Of a DNA stretch of 64,000 nt, positions 1 to 8,475 are shown piece by piece. The stretch spans positions 1 to 64,000 of the forward strand of contig JBHJGN010000015.1 of the NCBI GenBank assembly GCA_050331735.1, written 5' to 3'. The notes beneath the pieces were generated by a model that had not been told where the DNA came from, ran no database searches, and worked only from the letters and a program-made list of their open reading frames with translations. A program made the position numbers and the translations under genes. Source of the DNA: Cyanophyceae cyanobacterium. Its GTDB lineage: Bacteria > Cyanobacteriota > Cyanobacteriia > Cyanobacteriales > JBHJGN01. Within the stretch, counting starts at the first letter, position 1. Each line of letters starts with the position of its first letter.

Positions 1-150
1 ACCATTTACCGAAAGTAGTCAGATAGTTCCCAAACTAACCAACAATTGGAGGTTCAAGGGCAAAGAGCTGCTGTGCTTCCCTTTCCCCTTTACCCCTTCC
101 CCTTTCCCCCAACTCATCAAGTCTCCTATTACTTTTTCTAACTGGTATTA
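1..150. mobile_element. MITE-like repeat, copy 1 (left end clipped by window edge)
   Basis: Near-identical to the reverse complement of 17137-17282 and similar to 10171-10316; ends in TGGTATTA; pyrimidine-rich core. Confidence 0.8.
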
Positions 151-477
151 GCTTGATGCCGATAGGGGCAGGATTGCCTAGAATCGGGTTTTCTGGCTTT
201 GCTAGCGCTGCAAAACTGACTACCAGATTAACGACAGAAAAAGCCACGGCTATCCAAGCTGCTGGCTTGCGGTAGAGATTAGCAATGAGCGTTATGGCGA
301 TCGCCACTTGCACGATACCAAGCAGATATACCCACACAGAGGCGTTGAAGGGAAGCTCGCCGTAAAAGGCGTTTTCGTAACAACCCAGCTTGACACAAAG
401 AATAGTTTGGAGACTCCCCAAAAACCAACAGCAAGACCAGCGGCAAGACGAAAGGTGACTAAATAGGCTCTTGACAT
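151..477 (-). pseudogene. DoxX-like membrane protein, frameshifted near 380-390, 3' end running into the MITE
   Basis: N-terminus MSRAYLVTFRLAAGLAVGFWGVSKLF (ORF 292..477) continues as YENAFYGELP...VYLLGIVQVAIAITLIANLYRKPAAW in another frame (ORF 35..421); SD GAGG before ATG 477. Confidence 0.55.
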
Positions 478-521
478 AATTAACCTCTAGTACTCTTTCC
501 TTCCTAGGGTAGATGCAAAAC

Positions 522-538
522 TTGAGGAACTCGTGAAG
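522..538 (-). promoter_or_regulatory. Direct-repeat operator copy 1 (CTTCACGAGTTCCTCAA), 10 nt upstream of TACCCT
   Basis: Motif and spacing shared by five promoters. Confidence 0.7.
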
Positions 539-721
539 CTACCGATGGAACAGACAAAGAGTGTTGCTAAATTTTGATGTCTGCTTTGCACATCCGATGA
601 GGTTTCTAGAGTTAGTGGTTAGTCGTTAGTAGTTGCAATAGCTAGCGACCAACCCTTCGCGATTGAGCGAAGTAAACGACTGTTAACGCCGCTTCGCTCC
701 CGATCCCAACAGTCTTTCTGG

Positions 722-1171
722 CTACTCTACCTTGATTTTGACAACTTTGCGCTGGGCATCCTCTATCTTAGGCAGAGTCAGCGTGAGAATGCCGTTTTTG
801 AACTCAGACTTGACCTGCTCTTGCTGAACGGGGACGGGGAGAGGAATTCGACGTTGGAATTGACCGTAGTTAAATTCCGAGCGGAAAACTCCTCCTTCTT
901 CGGTTTGTTTCTCCTCGCGGTGTTCTCCGGCGATCGAAACTTCTTCGGGAGCCACCTGTACGTCTAAATCTTGGGCTTCAACACCAGGAATTTCTGCTTT
1001 GACAACGATGTTTTGGTCGGTTTCTTGAATTTCAATCGCCGGGGCCCAGATATTGCCATTGCCTGACAAGCTTTCCCAGTTGCGATCGCTCATTAGTTCT
1101 CCAAACAAACGGTCCATCTGCTGTCTTAGGTGGCTTAATTCTTGAAAGGGTTGCCAACGAACTAGTGCCAT
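722..1171 (-). CDS. Hsp20/alpha-crystallin small heat shock protein
   Basis: MALVRWQPF start with GGAGG SD; WAPAIE, AEIPGV, YGQFQRRIPLP, NGILTLTLPK motifs. Confidence 0.93.
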   Translation of the reverse strand: MALVRWQPFQELSHLRQQMDRLFGELMSDRNWESLSGNGNIWAPAIEIQETDQNIVVKAEIPGVEAQDLDVQVAPEEVSIAGEHREEKQTEEGGVFRSEFNYGQFQRRIPLPVPVQQEQVKSEFKNGILTLTLPKIEDAQRKVVKIKVE

Positions 1172-1270
1172 AGTAACCTCCAATCCGATTGATGAACGTT
1201 GAGTAACGCTATCAGGTCGCCGTTGATAGCTTCCTGAAGCGCCCTCTACTTTTAAAAGTAAACAAACATT

Positions 1271-1287
1271 TTGAGGAACTTGTGAAG
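1271..1287 (-). promoter_or_regulatory. Direct-repeat operator copy 2 (CTTCACAAGTTCCTCAA), 10 nt upstream of TACTTT
   Basis: Shared motif upstream of hsp20. Confidence 0.75.
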
Positions 1288-1336
1288 GAGTTTGGTCTTC
1301 GTCCACAGTCCCTTTGTTTCCTGTCGGACCGCTAGC

Positions 1337-1858
1337 TCACTGATGAATCACAACGGGCGTTCCTACCGATGTCCGTTGAAAGAGCTGTTGAGCTGCTTCT
1401 ACAGGTACGTTGATGCAGCCGTGACTGACAGGGGTGCCAAACTGATTGTGCCAATAGGCTCCGTGAATGGCATAACCCCGGTGATAGTACATCACGCTGG
1501 GAACGTTAGGAACATCGTAGTCGGCTCCCCGCATTCTGTCTTGAGGAAGTTTCCGCTGAATGGTAAATACCCTTATTGGAGTTGGGGTTGATGGTTTGCC
1601 AGTAGACACGGTGATTGTCTGGCTCGTAGTATTTCCCTGCCAAGCCGTCAACTGTTGGTCGGAGAGATCGACCTCAAGCCAGCGTTGCTGGGAGTTTTTG
1701 AGGGTTTCGATGCGTTGAGCGATCGCCTCCGGCAGTTCCGCTAAAACTGGCAGGGATAGCCCCGTTGCCATTGCTGTTATCGCTAGGGTTATCCCTGCCA
1801 AGGACGTCATCGAACCAGGCAACCACTGTCCAAAAGCTTTTTTTTCATGACCGCTCAC
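1337..1858 (-). CDS. L,D-transpeptidase (YkuD family), secreted
   Basis: Hydrophobic N-terminus; EVDLSDQQL, VSTGK..PTP, YAIHGAYWH...SHGCIN catalytic motif. Confidence 0.92.
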   Translation of the reverse strand: MSGHEKKAFGQWLPGSMTSLAGITLAITAMATGLSLPVLAELPEAIAQRIETLKNSQQRWLEVDLSDQQLTAWQGNTTSQTITVSTGKPSTPTPIRVFTIQRKLPQDRMRGADYDVPNVPSVMYYHRGYAIHGAYWHNQFGTPVSHGCINVPVEAAQQLFQRTSVGTPVVIHQ

Positions 1859-1904
1859 CTCTACTTTGAAGTGGACTTATCTACCTCTAAGCTAGCTAAA
1901 GAGT

Positions 1905-1921
1905 TTGAGAAACTCGTGAAG
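1905..1921 (-). promoter_or_regulatory. Direct-repeat operator copy 3 (CTTCACGAGTTTCTCAA), 10 nt upstream of TAGCTT
   Basis: Shared motif upstream of the L,D-transpeptidase gene. Confidence 0.75.
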
Positions 1922-1982
1922 AGGAGCGATCGCGCTTCCATTACCAGCGCCGCTCTTGACTTTCTCCTTTAATATAAGATTC

Positions 1983-2633
1983 CTACAAACTTGCCTCTTG
2001 CAAGCTCTGACTCAGATTGGCATCCTGAAAATTAGCTAATCTTAAATCAGCTTCCGTTAAATTAGTGCCGCTCAAATTTGCTCCGATCAAAATCGCTTCG
2101 TACAGGCTCGCCCTAGACAAATTTGCCCCGGCTAAATTGGCCCCGCTTAAATCGGTTCCGCTCAAGTCGGCTGCTAACAAGCTCGCGCTACTCAGATTCG
2201 CTCCCCGCAAATTGCTTTCCGTTAGGGTTGTGTTTAAAACGGCTCCACTGAAATTGGCTCCCCTGAGCGAGGCTCTGGTTAAATTAGAGCCACTCAAGTT
2301 CGCTCCGCTGAGATTACCGCCGTTGAGAGCAACTTCTGTTAAATTGGCCTGCCCCAGTTTTGCTCCGCCCAAATTAGCTCCGATCAAATCGGCTCCACTG
2401 AGGTTGGCGTCGGTTAAGGTAGCGGCACTGAGATTAGCGCCAATCAGGTTAGCTTCTCTGAGATTGGCCCGGGTTAAGTCAGCTCCACTCAAGTTAGCAC
2501 CAACTAGATTAGCTCCCTGAAGATTGATTTCTCGAAGAGCAGCACGATACAGGCAAACTCCATTGAGATTGGCTCCGGCAAAATTTCTGGCTCCTGAAGC
2601 ATACTGTGCGAGTAACTGGTTGGCATCGCTCAT
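1983..2633 (-). CDS. Pentapeptide repeat protein
   Basis: LLAQYASGARNF N-terminus followed by tandem A(N/D)LxG repeats. Confidence 0.92.
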   Translation of the reverse strand: MSDANQLLAQYASGARNFAGANLNGVCLYRAALREINLQGANLVGANLSGADLTRANLREANLIGANLSAATLTDANLSGADLIGANLGGAKLGQANLTEVALNGGNLSGANLSGSNLTRASLRGANFSGAVLNTTLTESNLRGANLSSASLLAADLSGTDLSGANLAGANLSRASLYEAILIGANLSGTNLTEADLRLANFQDANLSQSLQEASL

Positions 2634-3181
2634 TTTCTTACTCCAACAAAGTTGCTAAGGTCAACGGGAAGCACATCCGGCATTATTGCTCCTTCAAGCT
2701 TTGCGCCCCGCAGGTTAGCGTGGTCTAAATTAGCTCCCTGTAGGTTGGCATTGCGGAGATCGGCCCCATAAAGATTTACTCCCTGTAAATCGGCCTCTAT
2801 CAGGTTAGCTTCATTCAGGTTAGCTCCGGCCAAGATAGCTCCCCGCAAACAGGCTCGTGATAAATTGGCTCTAATCAAGATTGTCCCGGTCAGGATAGCT
2901 TCGCTCAGATTCGCGCAGCGAAGATTGGCTGCTCGTAAATCAGCACCGCTTAGATTCGCCACAATCAGCGTGGCTCCCTCAAAATTGGCTGCTGCCATGT
3001 TAGCAACGACGAGAAAAGCACCGCTTAAATTGCTTCCTTGGCAGTGACTGCGAGATAAGTCAGCGCGAATTAGGTTGATACCGCTTAACTTCGCTTGCGC
3101 TAACTTGGCTTCTGCTAGCTCTGCTCTACTAAAGTCTCGTTCTCCGGCTGCATACTGTTTCAACAGAGCTTGTGCATCCAT
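2630..3181 (-). CDS. Pentapeptide repeat protein
   Basis: MDAQALLKQYAAGERDF start with GGAGGAG SD; A(N/D)Lxx repeats; MPD cap; 4-bp overlap with the next gene. Confidence 0.92.
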   Translation of the reverse strand: MDAQALLKQYAAGERDFSRAELAEAKLAQAKLSGINLIRADLSRSHCQGSNLSGAFLVVANMAAANFEGATLIVANLSGADLRAANLRCANLSEAILTGTILIRANLSRACLRGAILAGANLNEANLIEADLQGVNLYGADLRNANLQGANLDHANLRGAKLEGAIMPDVLPVDLSNFVGVRK

Positions 3182-3225
3182 ACGCTCCTCCCTGTCTCTG
3201 TCTGACGCTAGATTAGCGCTCAATT

Positions 3226-3242
3226 GTGGGAAAGTTGTGAGG
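3226..3242 (-). promoter_or_regulatory. Direct-repeat operator copy 4 (CCTCACAACTTTCCCAC), 10 nt upstream of TAATCT
   Basis: More diverged copy with identical spacing, upstream of the pentapeptide operon. Confidence 0.6.
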
Positions 3243-3339
3243 CTGAAGGAGTCAAAAGTTGTTCGGTAGGATTTGAGTGAGTGGTTAGTCGCCAGAAAAT
3301 TCATAGATAGCGACTACCTACTAACTATTTGCAGCTTCC

Positions 3340-3356
3340 CTTCACAAGTTTCTCAA
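3340..3356 (+). promoter_or_regulatory. Direct-repeat operator copy 5 (CTTCACAAGTTTCTCAA), 10 nt upstream of GACCAT
   Basis: Shared motif on the + strand upstream of devB. Confidence 0.7.
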
Positions 3357-3390
3357 TTTTGTGTTCGACCATAGATGTAGAGCAAGTTGA

Positions 3391-4632
3391 GTGACGCAGG
3401 TAATCAGCATGGAAGTGACTCAGTACCAAAAAGCGCCTCCAGAAGCGACCCCCTCTCGCCCGAAAAGAAAGAGGGTGAAGCCTTGGGTCATTGCGATCGC
3501 CGTTGGGACTGCTGTAAGTGCAGGAGCTACTTACTGGTTCTATATTCAGTCTCAAACTCCTCCTCCCCCTGCGACAACCAGCGTTGTTGAGATTACCTCT
3601 GTCACAGCGCTAGGACGCTTGGAGCCGCAAGGAGAAGTGATCAAACTCTCGGTGGCTAACGCTCAAGATAGCCGCGTTAACCAACTGCTGGTGGAAGAAG
3701 GCGATCGCGTCCCAGCCGGAGAGATCATTGCCGTTCTGCAAGGGTTAGACCAGAAACAGGCAGCCCTGGAGGAAGCCCAAAAAAACGTGGCAATTTACCG
3801 AGCAAAGCTCGCTCAGATTGCAGCGGGAGAAGCGAAGGAGGCTGAAATTACTGCCCAAAGAGCCAATATTGCCCGTTTTGAAGCCGAGGTAAGAACGGCA
3901 ACCCTCGAACGGCAAGCTCAAATTTCTGACGCTCAAGCCGAACTGAGCAATGCCACCACCAACTATCGGCGCTATCAAGCTCTACACGATGAAGGAGCCG
4001 TGACCACGGCAGAACTCGACGACAGACGGGAAACCTATACTAGAGCACAAGCCAGACTCAATGAGGCTCAAGCCCGCCTCGACCAAACGGTGTCTACTCT
4101 GCAAGAGCAGATTGCCCAAGAAAGAGCCATGCTCGCCAAGCTACAGGAAGTGCGTCCGGTCGATCTGCAAGAAGCGCAAGCTGAGCTAGACTATGCGATC
4201 GCCCAGGTAAAGCGCATTGAGGAGGAACTGGATGACTACTACGTGAGAGTTCCTGTCGCTGGGCAAATTCTTAAAATCAATACTCACGTTGGCGAACAGG
4301 TCAACACCAGCGAGGGCATTGTTGAGCTGGGACGCACCGAACAAATGTATGCGATCGCGGAAGTTTATGAAACCGATATTAGTCAAGTCGCAACTGGGCA
4401 GCGAGCCATCGTCACGAGCGAACACGGCGGCTTTGATGGCAGCTTACAGGGAACCGTAGAGCACATTGGCTTGCAGATCAAGAAACAAGATGTATTGGAT
4501 GCCGATCCGGCTGCTGATAAAGATGCCCGCGTTGTTGAAGTAAAGGTCCGTCTCGATCCTCAAGATAGCCACAGAGTGGCGGGATTAACAAATTTACAGG
4601 TAAGGGTGCGGATTGATGTGGGGAGTGAGTAA
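3391..4632 (+). CDS. devB: DevB-family membrane fusion protein of an ABC exporter
   Basis: N-terminal TM, VTALGRLEPQGEVI, coiled coil, AEVYETDI, DARVVEVKVRL, LTNLQV motifs. Confidence 0.92.
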   Translation: MTQVISMEVTQYQKAPPEATPSRPKRKRVKPWVIAIAVGTAVSAGATYWFYIQSQTPPPPATTSVVEITSVTALGRLEPQGEVIKLSVANAQDSRVNQLLVEEGDRVPAGEIIAVLQGLDQKQAALEEAQKNVAIYRAKLAQIAAGEAKEAEITAQRANIARFEAEVRTATLERQAQISDAQAELSNATTNYRRYQALHDEGAVTTAELDDRRETYTRAQARLNEAQARLDQTVSTLQEQIAQERAMLAKLQEVRPVDLQEAQAELDYAIAQVKRIEEELDDYYVRVPVAGQILKINTHVGEQVNTSEGIVELGRTEQMYAIAEVYETDISQVATGQRAIVTSEHGGFDGSLQGTVEHIGLQIKKQDVLDADPAADKDARVVEVKVRLDPQDSHRVAGLTNLQVRVRIDVGSE

Positions 4633-5814
4633 ATGTTCTTCAAACCTCTACTTAAAAGATTAACCAAAGAACCTCCTTTGGGTTGGGCACAACTCAGTCA
4701 TCAGAAAGTTCGTTTGCTGGTTGCGTTATCAGGAATTGCCTTTGCCGATATCCTCATTTTTATGCAGCTTGGCTTTTACAACAGCCTCTTTGGCGGCGTC
4801 ACTCGTCTCCACGAACATTTCAACGGTGATTTATATCTCGTCAGCGCGCGGGCTAAATTCCTCGATGATGGTCAAACATTTTCTCGTCGCCATCTCTATC
4901 AAGCGGCTGCGGTAGAAGGAGTGGCTGCCGCTAGCCCCTTCTACTATTCCCACGCTGGCTGGGTCAATCCCTGGAATAAAAAAGTGACCAATGTCGCAAT
5001 TTTAGCTTTTGATCCCGCTCGTCCGATCTTAAATTTGCCTGATGTTAATCAACAGCTAGAGAACATCAAGCTACCGGATCGAGTGCTAGTCGATCGCCAA
5101 GCGAGACCGGATTTAGGGCCCATTGCGGAAACGTTTGACCGAGGCGAGCCAATCACCACAGAAATATCAGGACGGAGAGTGAGCGTTAGCGGGATGTTTA
5201 CGTTTGGGAGTACGCTGTTTGTGGAAGGATACTTGATCACCAGCGATTGGAATTATCTGCGACTATATGGTGCAGACAGTATTGAGAACCTGAAGGTCGG
5301 CGTACTCAAGGTCAAGCCCGATGCAACTGTCACTACAGTTAAAGCAAAAGTGCAGGCGACTTTACCGAATGTTGTTTCGGTGATGACGCATGAAGAACTG
5401 ATCGCCGCTGAGAAAGAATTTTGGGATCAAAACCATCCTGCCGGAACCATCTTTAACTTTGGTGTAGCGATGGGCTTTGTCGTGGGAGTTGTGGTTGTCT
5501 ATCAAGTCTTATATGCTGATGTCAACGATCATCTGGCAGAATATGCCACTCTCAAAGCAATGGGATATCCAGACACAAGCTTGTTGGCGGTAGTTTTTCA
5601 AGAAGCGCTTATTCTCGCCATTCTCGGCTTTGTTCCTGGATTTGGAGTATCGATTGGTATGTATAGCTTGCTAGCAAGTTTGACCAAGATGCCACTGGCG
5701 ATGCAGTCGGGTGTTGCTTTGAAAGTATTTTTCTTGACGGTATCAATGTGTTTGGCTTCCGGGGCGATCGCCATTCGCAAACTTCACTCTGCCGATCCCG
5801 CAGATGTATTTTAG
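4633..5814 (+). CDS. devC: DevC-family ABC transporter permease
   Basis: GIAFADILIFMQLGF, YQVLYADVNDHLAEYATLKAMGY, C-terminal ADPADVF. Confidence 0.93.
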   Translation: MFFKPLLKRLTKEPPLGWAQLSHQKVRLLVALSGIAFADILIFMQLGFYNSLFGGVTRLHEHFNGDLYLVSARAKFLDDGQTFSRRHLYQAAAVEGVAAASPFYYSHAGWVNPWNKKVTNVAILAFDPARPILNLPDVNQQLENIKLPDRVLVDRQARPDLGPIAETFDRGEPITTEISGRRVSVSGMFTFGSTLFVEGYLITSDWNYLRLYGADSIENLKVGVLKVKPDATVTTVKAKVQATLPNVVSVMTHEELIAAEKEFWDQNHPAGTIFNFGVAMGFVVGVVVVYQVLYADVNDHLAEYATLKAMGYPDTSLLAVVFQEALILAILGFVPGFGVSIGMYSLLASLTKMPLAMQSGVALKVFFLTVSMCLASGAIAIRKLHSADPADVF

Positions 5815-5867
5815 GTTTCAGGTAGCTGTTTATAGGCAATTGTAAATATCGTAGCTCTGGAGAAAAC

Positions 5868-6632
5868 ATGATGAAACAGTGGTATGAAGAATTATTTGAA
5901 AACTATGCCCTGAAATACGATCGCGAGAGTTTTGTTCAAGGAACAATTGGAGAATGTGATTTTATCGAACAAGAAATAAACTATGATAAAAACACCCGAA
6001 TTTTAGATATTGGCTGTGGAACGGGCAGACATTCGATTGAACTAGCAAAAAGAGGATATAAGGTCACGGGAATCGACCTATCAGAAGCTCAGTTGGCCAG
6101 AGCCAAAGCAAAGGCATCTGCACAAAATTTGCCAGTTGGCTTTGAACAACATGACGCGAGAAACCTTGCTTTTTGTGCTGAATTCGATTTGGCGATCATG
6201 CTGTGCGAGGGAGCTTTTCCCTTAATGGAAACCGACGATATGAACTTTCAAATTCTTTGCAATGCCAGCACTGCTCTGGAGGCACAAGGAAAATTAATTT
6301 TTACCACCTTAAACGGATTATTTCCTTTGTTTCATTCGGTGAAAGACTTTCTCGCTTCGGCAAGTCAAGAAGGAAATGCCGAATATAGTAATCATTCATT
6401 TGATTTAATGACGTTTCGCGATCACAGTACGACAAAGATCGAGGACGATTTTGGCAATAAAAAAGAACTGAAATGTAACGAAAGGTATTATGTTCCATCC
6501 GAAATAACCTGGCTGTTGAAAACGCTCAATTATAAAACTATTGATATATTTGGCGCAAAGCTCGGTGCTTTTAGTCGCAATGATAAATTGACGACTGAAG
6601 ATTATGAGATGTTAGTTATAGCAGAGAAATAA
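5868..6632 (+). CDS. Class I SAM-dependent methyltransferase (AT-rich, likely acquired)
   Basis: ILDIGCGTGRH motif I, VTGIDLS motif II. Confidence 0.9.
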   Translation: MMKQWYEELFENYALKYDRESFVQGTIGECDFIEQEINYDKNTRILDIGCGTGRHSIELAKRGYKVTGIDLSEAQLARAKAKASAQNLPVGFEQHDARNLAFCAEFDLAIMLCEGAFPLMETDDMNFQILCNASTALEAQGKLIFTTLNGLFPLFHSVKDFLASASQEGNAEYSNHSFDLMTFRDHSTTKIEDDFGNKKELKCNERYYVPSEITWLLKTLNYKTIDIFGAKLGAFSRNDKLTTEDYEMLVIAEK

Positions 6633-6658
6633 CACAAGGCAAAATAAGCTATCAAGTA

Positions 6659-6711
6659 GGCGATCGCCATCTGTAAACTTCAATCAGCCGCTCCTGTGGA
6701 AGTATTTTAGG
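6659..6711 (+). repeat. Diverged duplicate of the devC 3' end (5763-5815), starting at HIP1
   Basis: 43/53 identical by hand alignment; encodes AIAICKLQSAAPVEVF* versus AIAIRKLHSADPADVF*. Confidence 0.85.
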
Positions 6712-6767
6712 AGTTGGTTCATCAAACTCTCCCCTAACTACTACCCACTACCTACTCACTATTCACT

Positions 6768-7514
6768 ATGTCCTCAACTGTCGTTACAATTAATCATCTC
6801 AATTATGCTTTTGGCAAAGGTGAATTACGCAAATCGGTGCTGTTCGATATCGATTTAGAGATCTATGCCGGGGAAATTGTGATTATGACGGGCCCTTCCG
6901 GGAGCGGAAAAACGACGCTATTGACGCTCATTGGAGGGTTACGATCGGTACAGTCAGGTAGCGTTAACATCTTAGGACAAGAACTCTATGGTGCGCTCAA
7001 ACATGAATTAGTTCAAGTTCGCCATCAGATCGGGTTTATCTTTCAATCCCATAACTTACTCTCTTGTTTGACCGCAGAACAAAACGTGCGCATGGCGTTA
7101 AGACTGCATCCCGAGATTCCCTTTGCCCAACGAAGCCTGATAACGACAAACATCTTAACAGCAGTGGGTTTAGGAGAGCGAGCCAGTTTTTATCCTCAGC
7201 ACCTTTCAGGAGGTCAACAGCAGCGAGTAGCGATCGCTCGCGCGTTGGTCAGTCAGCCTAAGCTGGTGCTGGCAGATGAACCGACAGCCGCTCTAGACAG
7301 CAGATCTGGTCGGGATGTGGTGGAGATCATGCAGCACTTAGCTAAAGAGCAGGGCAGCACCATTTTGCTGGTCACCCACGACAACCGCATTCTAGATATT
7401 GCTGACCGAATTGTGCATCTGGAGGATGGTCGTTTGGCAAGAGATACAGCACTCGTAAGCATTGACGCTCATCCCGCTAACCCTCCGGAGATTAGGGAGC
7501 ATCAGCAGGCCTGA
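6768..7514 (+). CDS. devA: DevA-family ABC ATPase (C-terminus supplied by an IS end)
   Basis: Walker A GPSGSGKTT, LSGGQQQR, ADEPT, VTHDNR. Confidence 0.93.
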   Translation: MSSTVVTINHLNYAFGKGELRKSVLFDIDLEIYAGEIVIMTGPSGSGKTTLLTLIGGLRSVQSGSVNILGQELYGALKHELVQVRHQIGFIFQSHNLLSCLTAEQNVRMALRLHPEIPFAQRSLITTNILTAVGLGERASFYPQHLSGGQQQRVAIARALVSQPKLVLADEPTAALDSRSGRDVVEIMQHLAKEQGSTILLVTHDNRILDIADRIVHLEDGRLARDTALVSIDAHPANPPEIREHQQA

Positions 7515-7689
7515 TGTACTCGCTACGCAATGAGCAAGTGCTAACCGGACACTGTCGCGAAGCAATCCAGTCCTTGCGCTCTCGTAATGCGTAATTCCAA
7601 ACCTGGCGACAGACTTCCAAATCATGTTCGATTTGTTCGATCTACTGCTTAGTCGGTTGTATCTTGGACTCGTAGTTCAGGGTTGTCAT
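7495..7689 (-). pseudogene. tnpB: tnpB N-terminal fragment with in-frame stop
   Basis: MTTLNYESKIQPTKQ*IEQIEHDLEVCRQVWNYALRERKDWIASRQCPVSTCSLRSEYIRPADAP matches the cyanobacterial TnpB N-terminus pattern. Confidence 0.8.
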
Positions 7690-7716
7690 GACTTTATTCT
7701 AGCTTGTCGTCAGCCA

Positions 7717-8120
7717 ATGCAAGACCAATTCAACAAGCTTAGACACTGCTCATACCTCATTCATTTTCATTGGGTCGTCACCTTGAGGAAATTTTTGCTG
7801 CAACGCTTGAGAAAGGGGAATGCAGCTTGGTTGAGTTCAATGGCGAAGCTGATCACCTGCACGTTCTGATGTCGGTCAATCCCAAGGTGCAGCCATCGAA
7901 GCTCATCAACAATCTGAAAACCGTTTCATCAAGACTGATTCGCAAAGAGTTTGCTGAGCACCTAAATCGCGTTTATCGAGGCAAGCCTATCCTCTGGAGC
8001 CGTACCTATTGCTTGTTGGCTTGTGGTGGAGCGCCGCTAGCGGTTATTCGGCAATATATTGAGCAGCAGGCCGAGATTGATGACGGCAGCTCAAGCTGCC
8101 TGCGCTACACCACCCCCTAA
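7717..8120 (+). pseudogene. tnpA: IS200/IS605 tnpA (Y1 transposase) with internal deletion/frameshift near 7782
   Basis: MQDQFNKLRHCSYLIHFHWVVT, then shifts frame to LEEIF...EADHLHVL (HuH)...WSRTY...YIEQQ. Confidence 0.85.
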
Positions 8121-8475
8121 GCGCTTCGCGCTATAGGCGGAGCACTGCGCGAGGTCTTTGATAGTCGAGCAGCGGTTTGAAATATTAGTGACGAAATTTT
8201 CTAGAATATTATGCCCGGAGAAATAACGAACTGAACAAAGATTCCATCTGCGGACGGAGGTTAATCTAATATCTTCTCATAAAATAGTTATTGAATAACG
8301 GTAATATTAGACAGAAAAAAATACACTTGTCTGTTGCACACTCAAGTCTCCTGCCTTAGCAACCTTATTTTCATTTAAAGCTTGTTTAAACAGGCAATCG
8401 CGAGTAAGTCGCTTCTACAGAGAAGTTCAATAATTATTTTGCTGAAACACCGAACTCAAGAGGAATAGTAACTAT

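Larger units (their letters stand above)
7462..8160. mobile_element. Degenerate IS605-group element (divergent tnpA/tnpB, internally deleted)
   Basis: tnpA and tnpB remnants; subterminal hairpins at ~7473-7497 and ~8113-8140; right end ...GTCAA on the - strand. Confidence 0.8.

Noticed and set aside
605..720. Heptamer-like tracts (TTAGTGG/TTAGTCG; also ~6730-6767, ~24620-24650, ~26860-26890)
   Set aside because: Ordinary short tandem repeats of cyanobacterial intergenic DNA
1172..1306. N-terminal extension of Hsp20 in the ORF track (likewise 3182-3304 for the pentapeptide gene)
   Set aside because: The extensions overlap the operator/-10 elements, and strong SD sequences precede the downstream ATGs
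2065..3269. Antisense ORFs over the pentapeptide genes
   Set aside because: Shadow frames of repetitive coding sequence
5825..6650. Integron attC-like cores (GTTTATAGGCAAT before, TAACAC after) around the methyltransferase
   Set aside because: No attC stem-loop and no integrase visible; the match is too short to support
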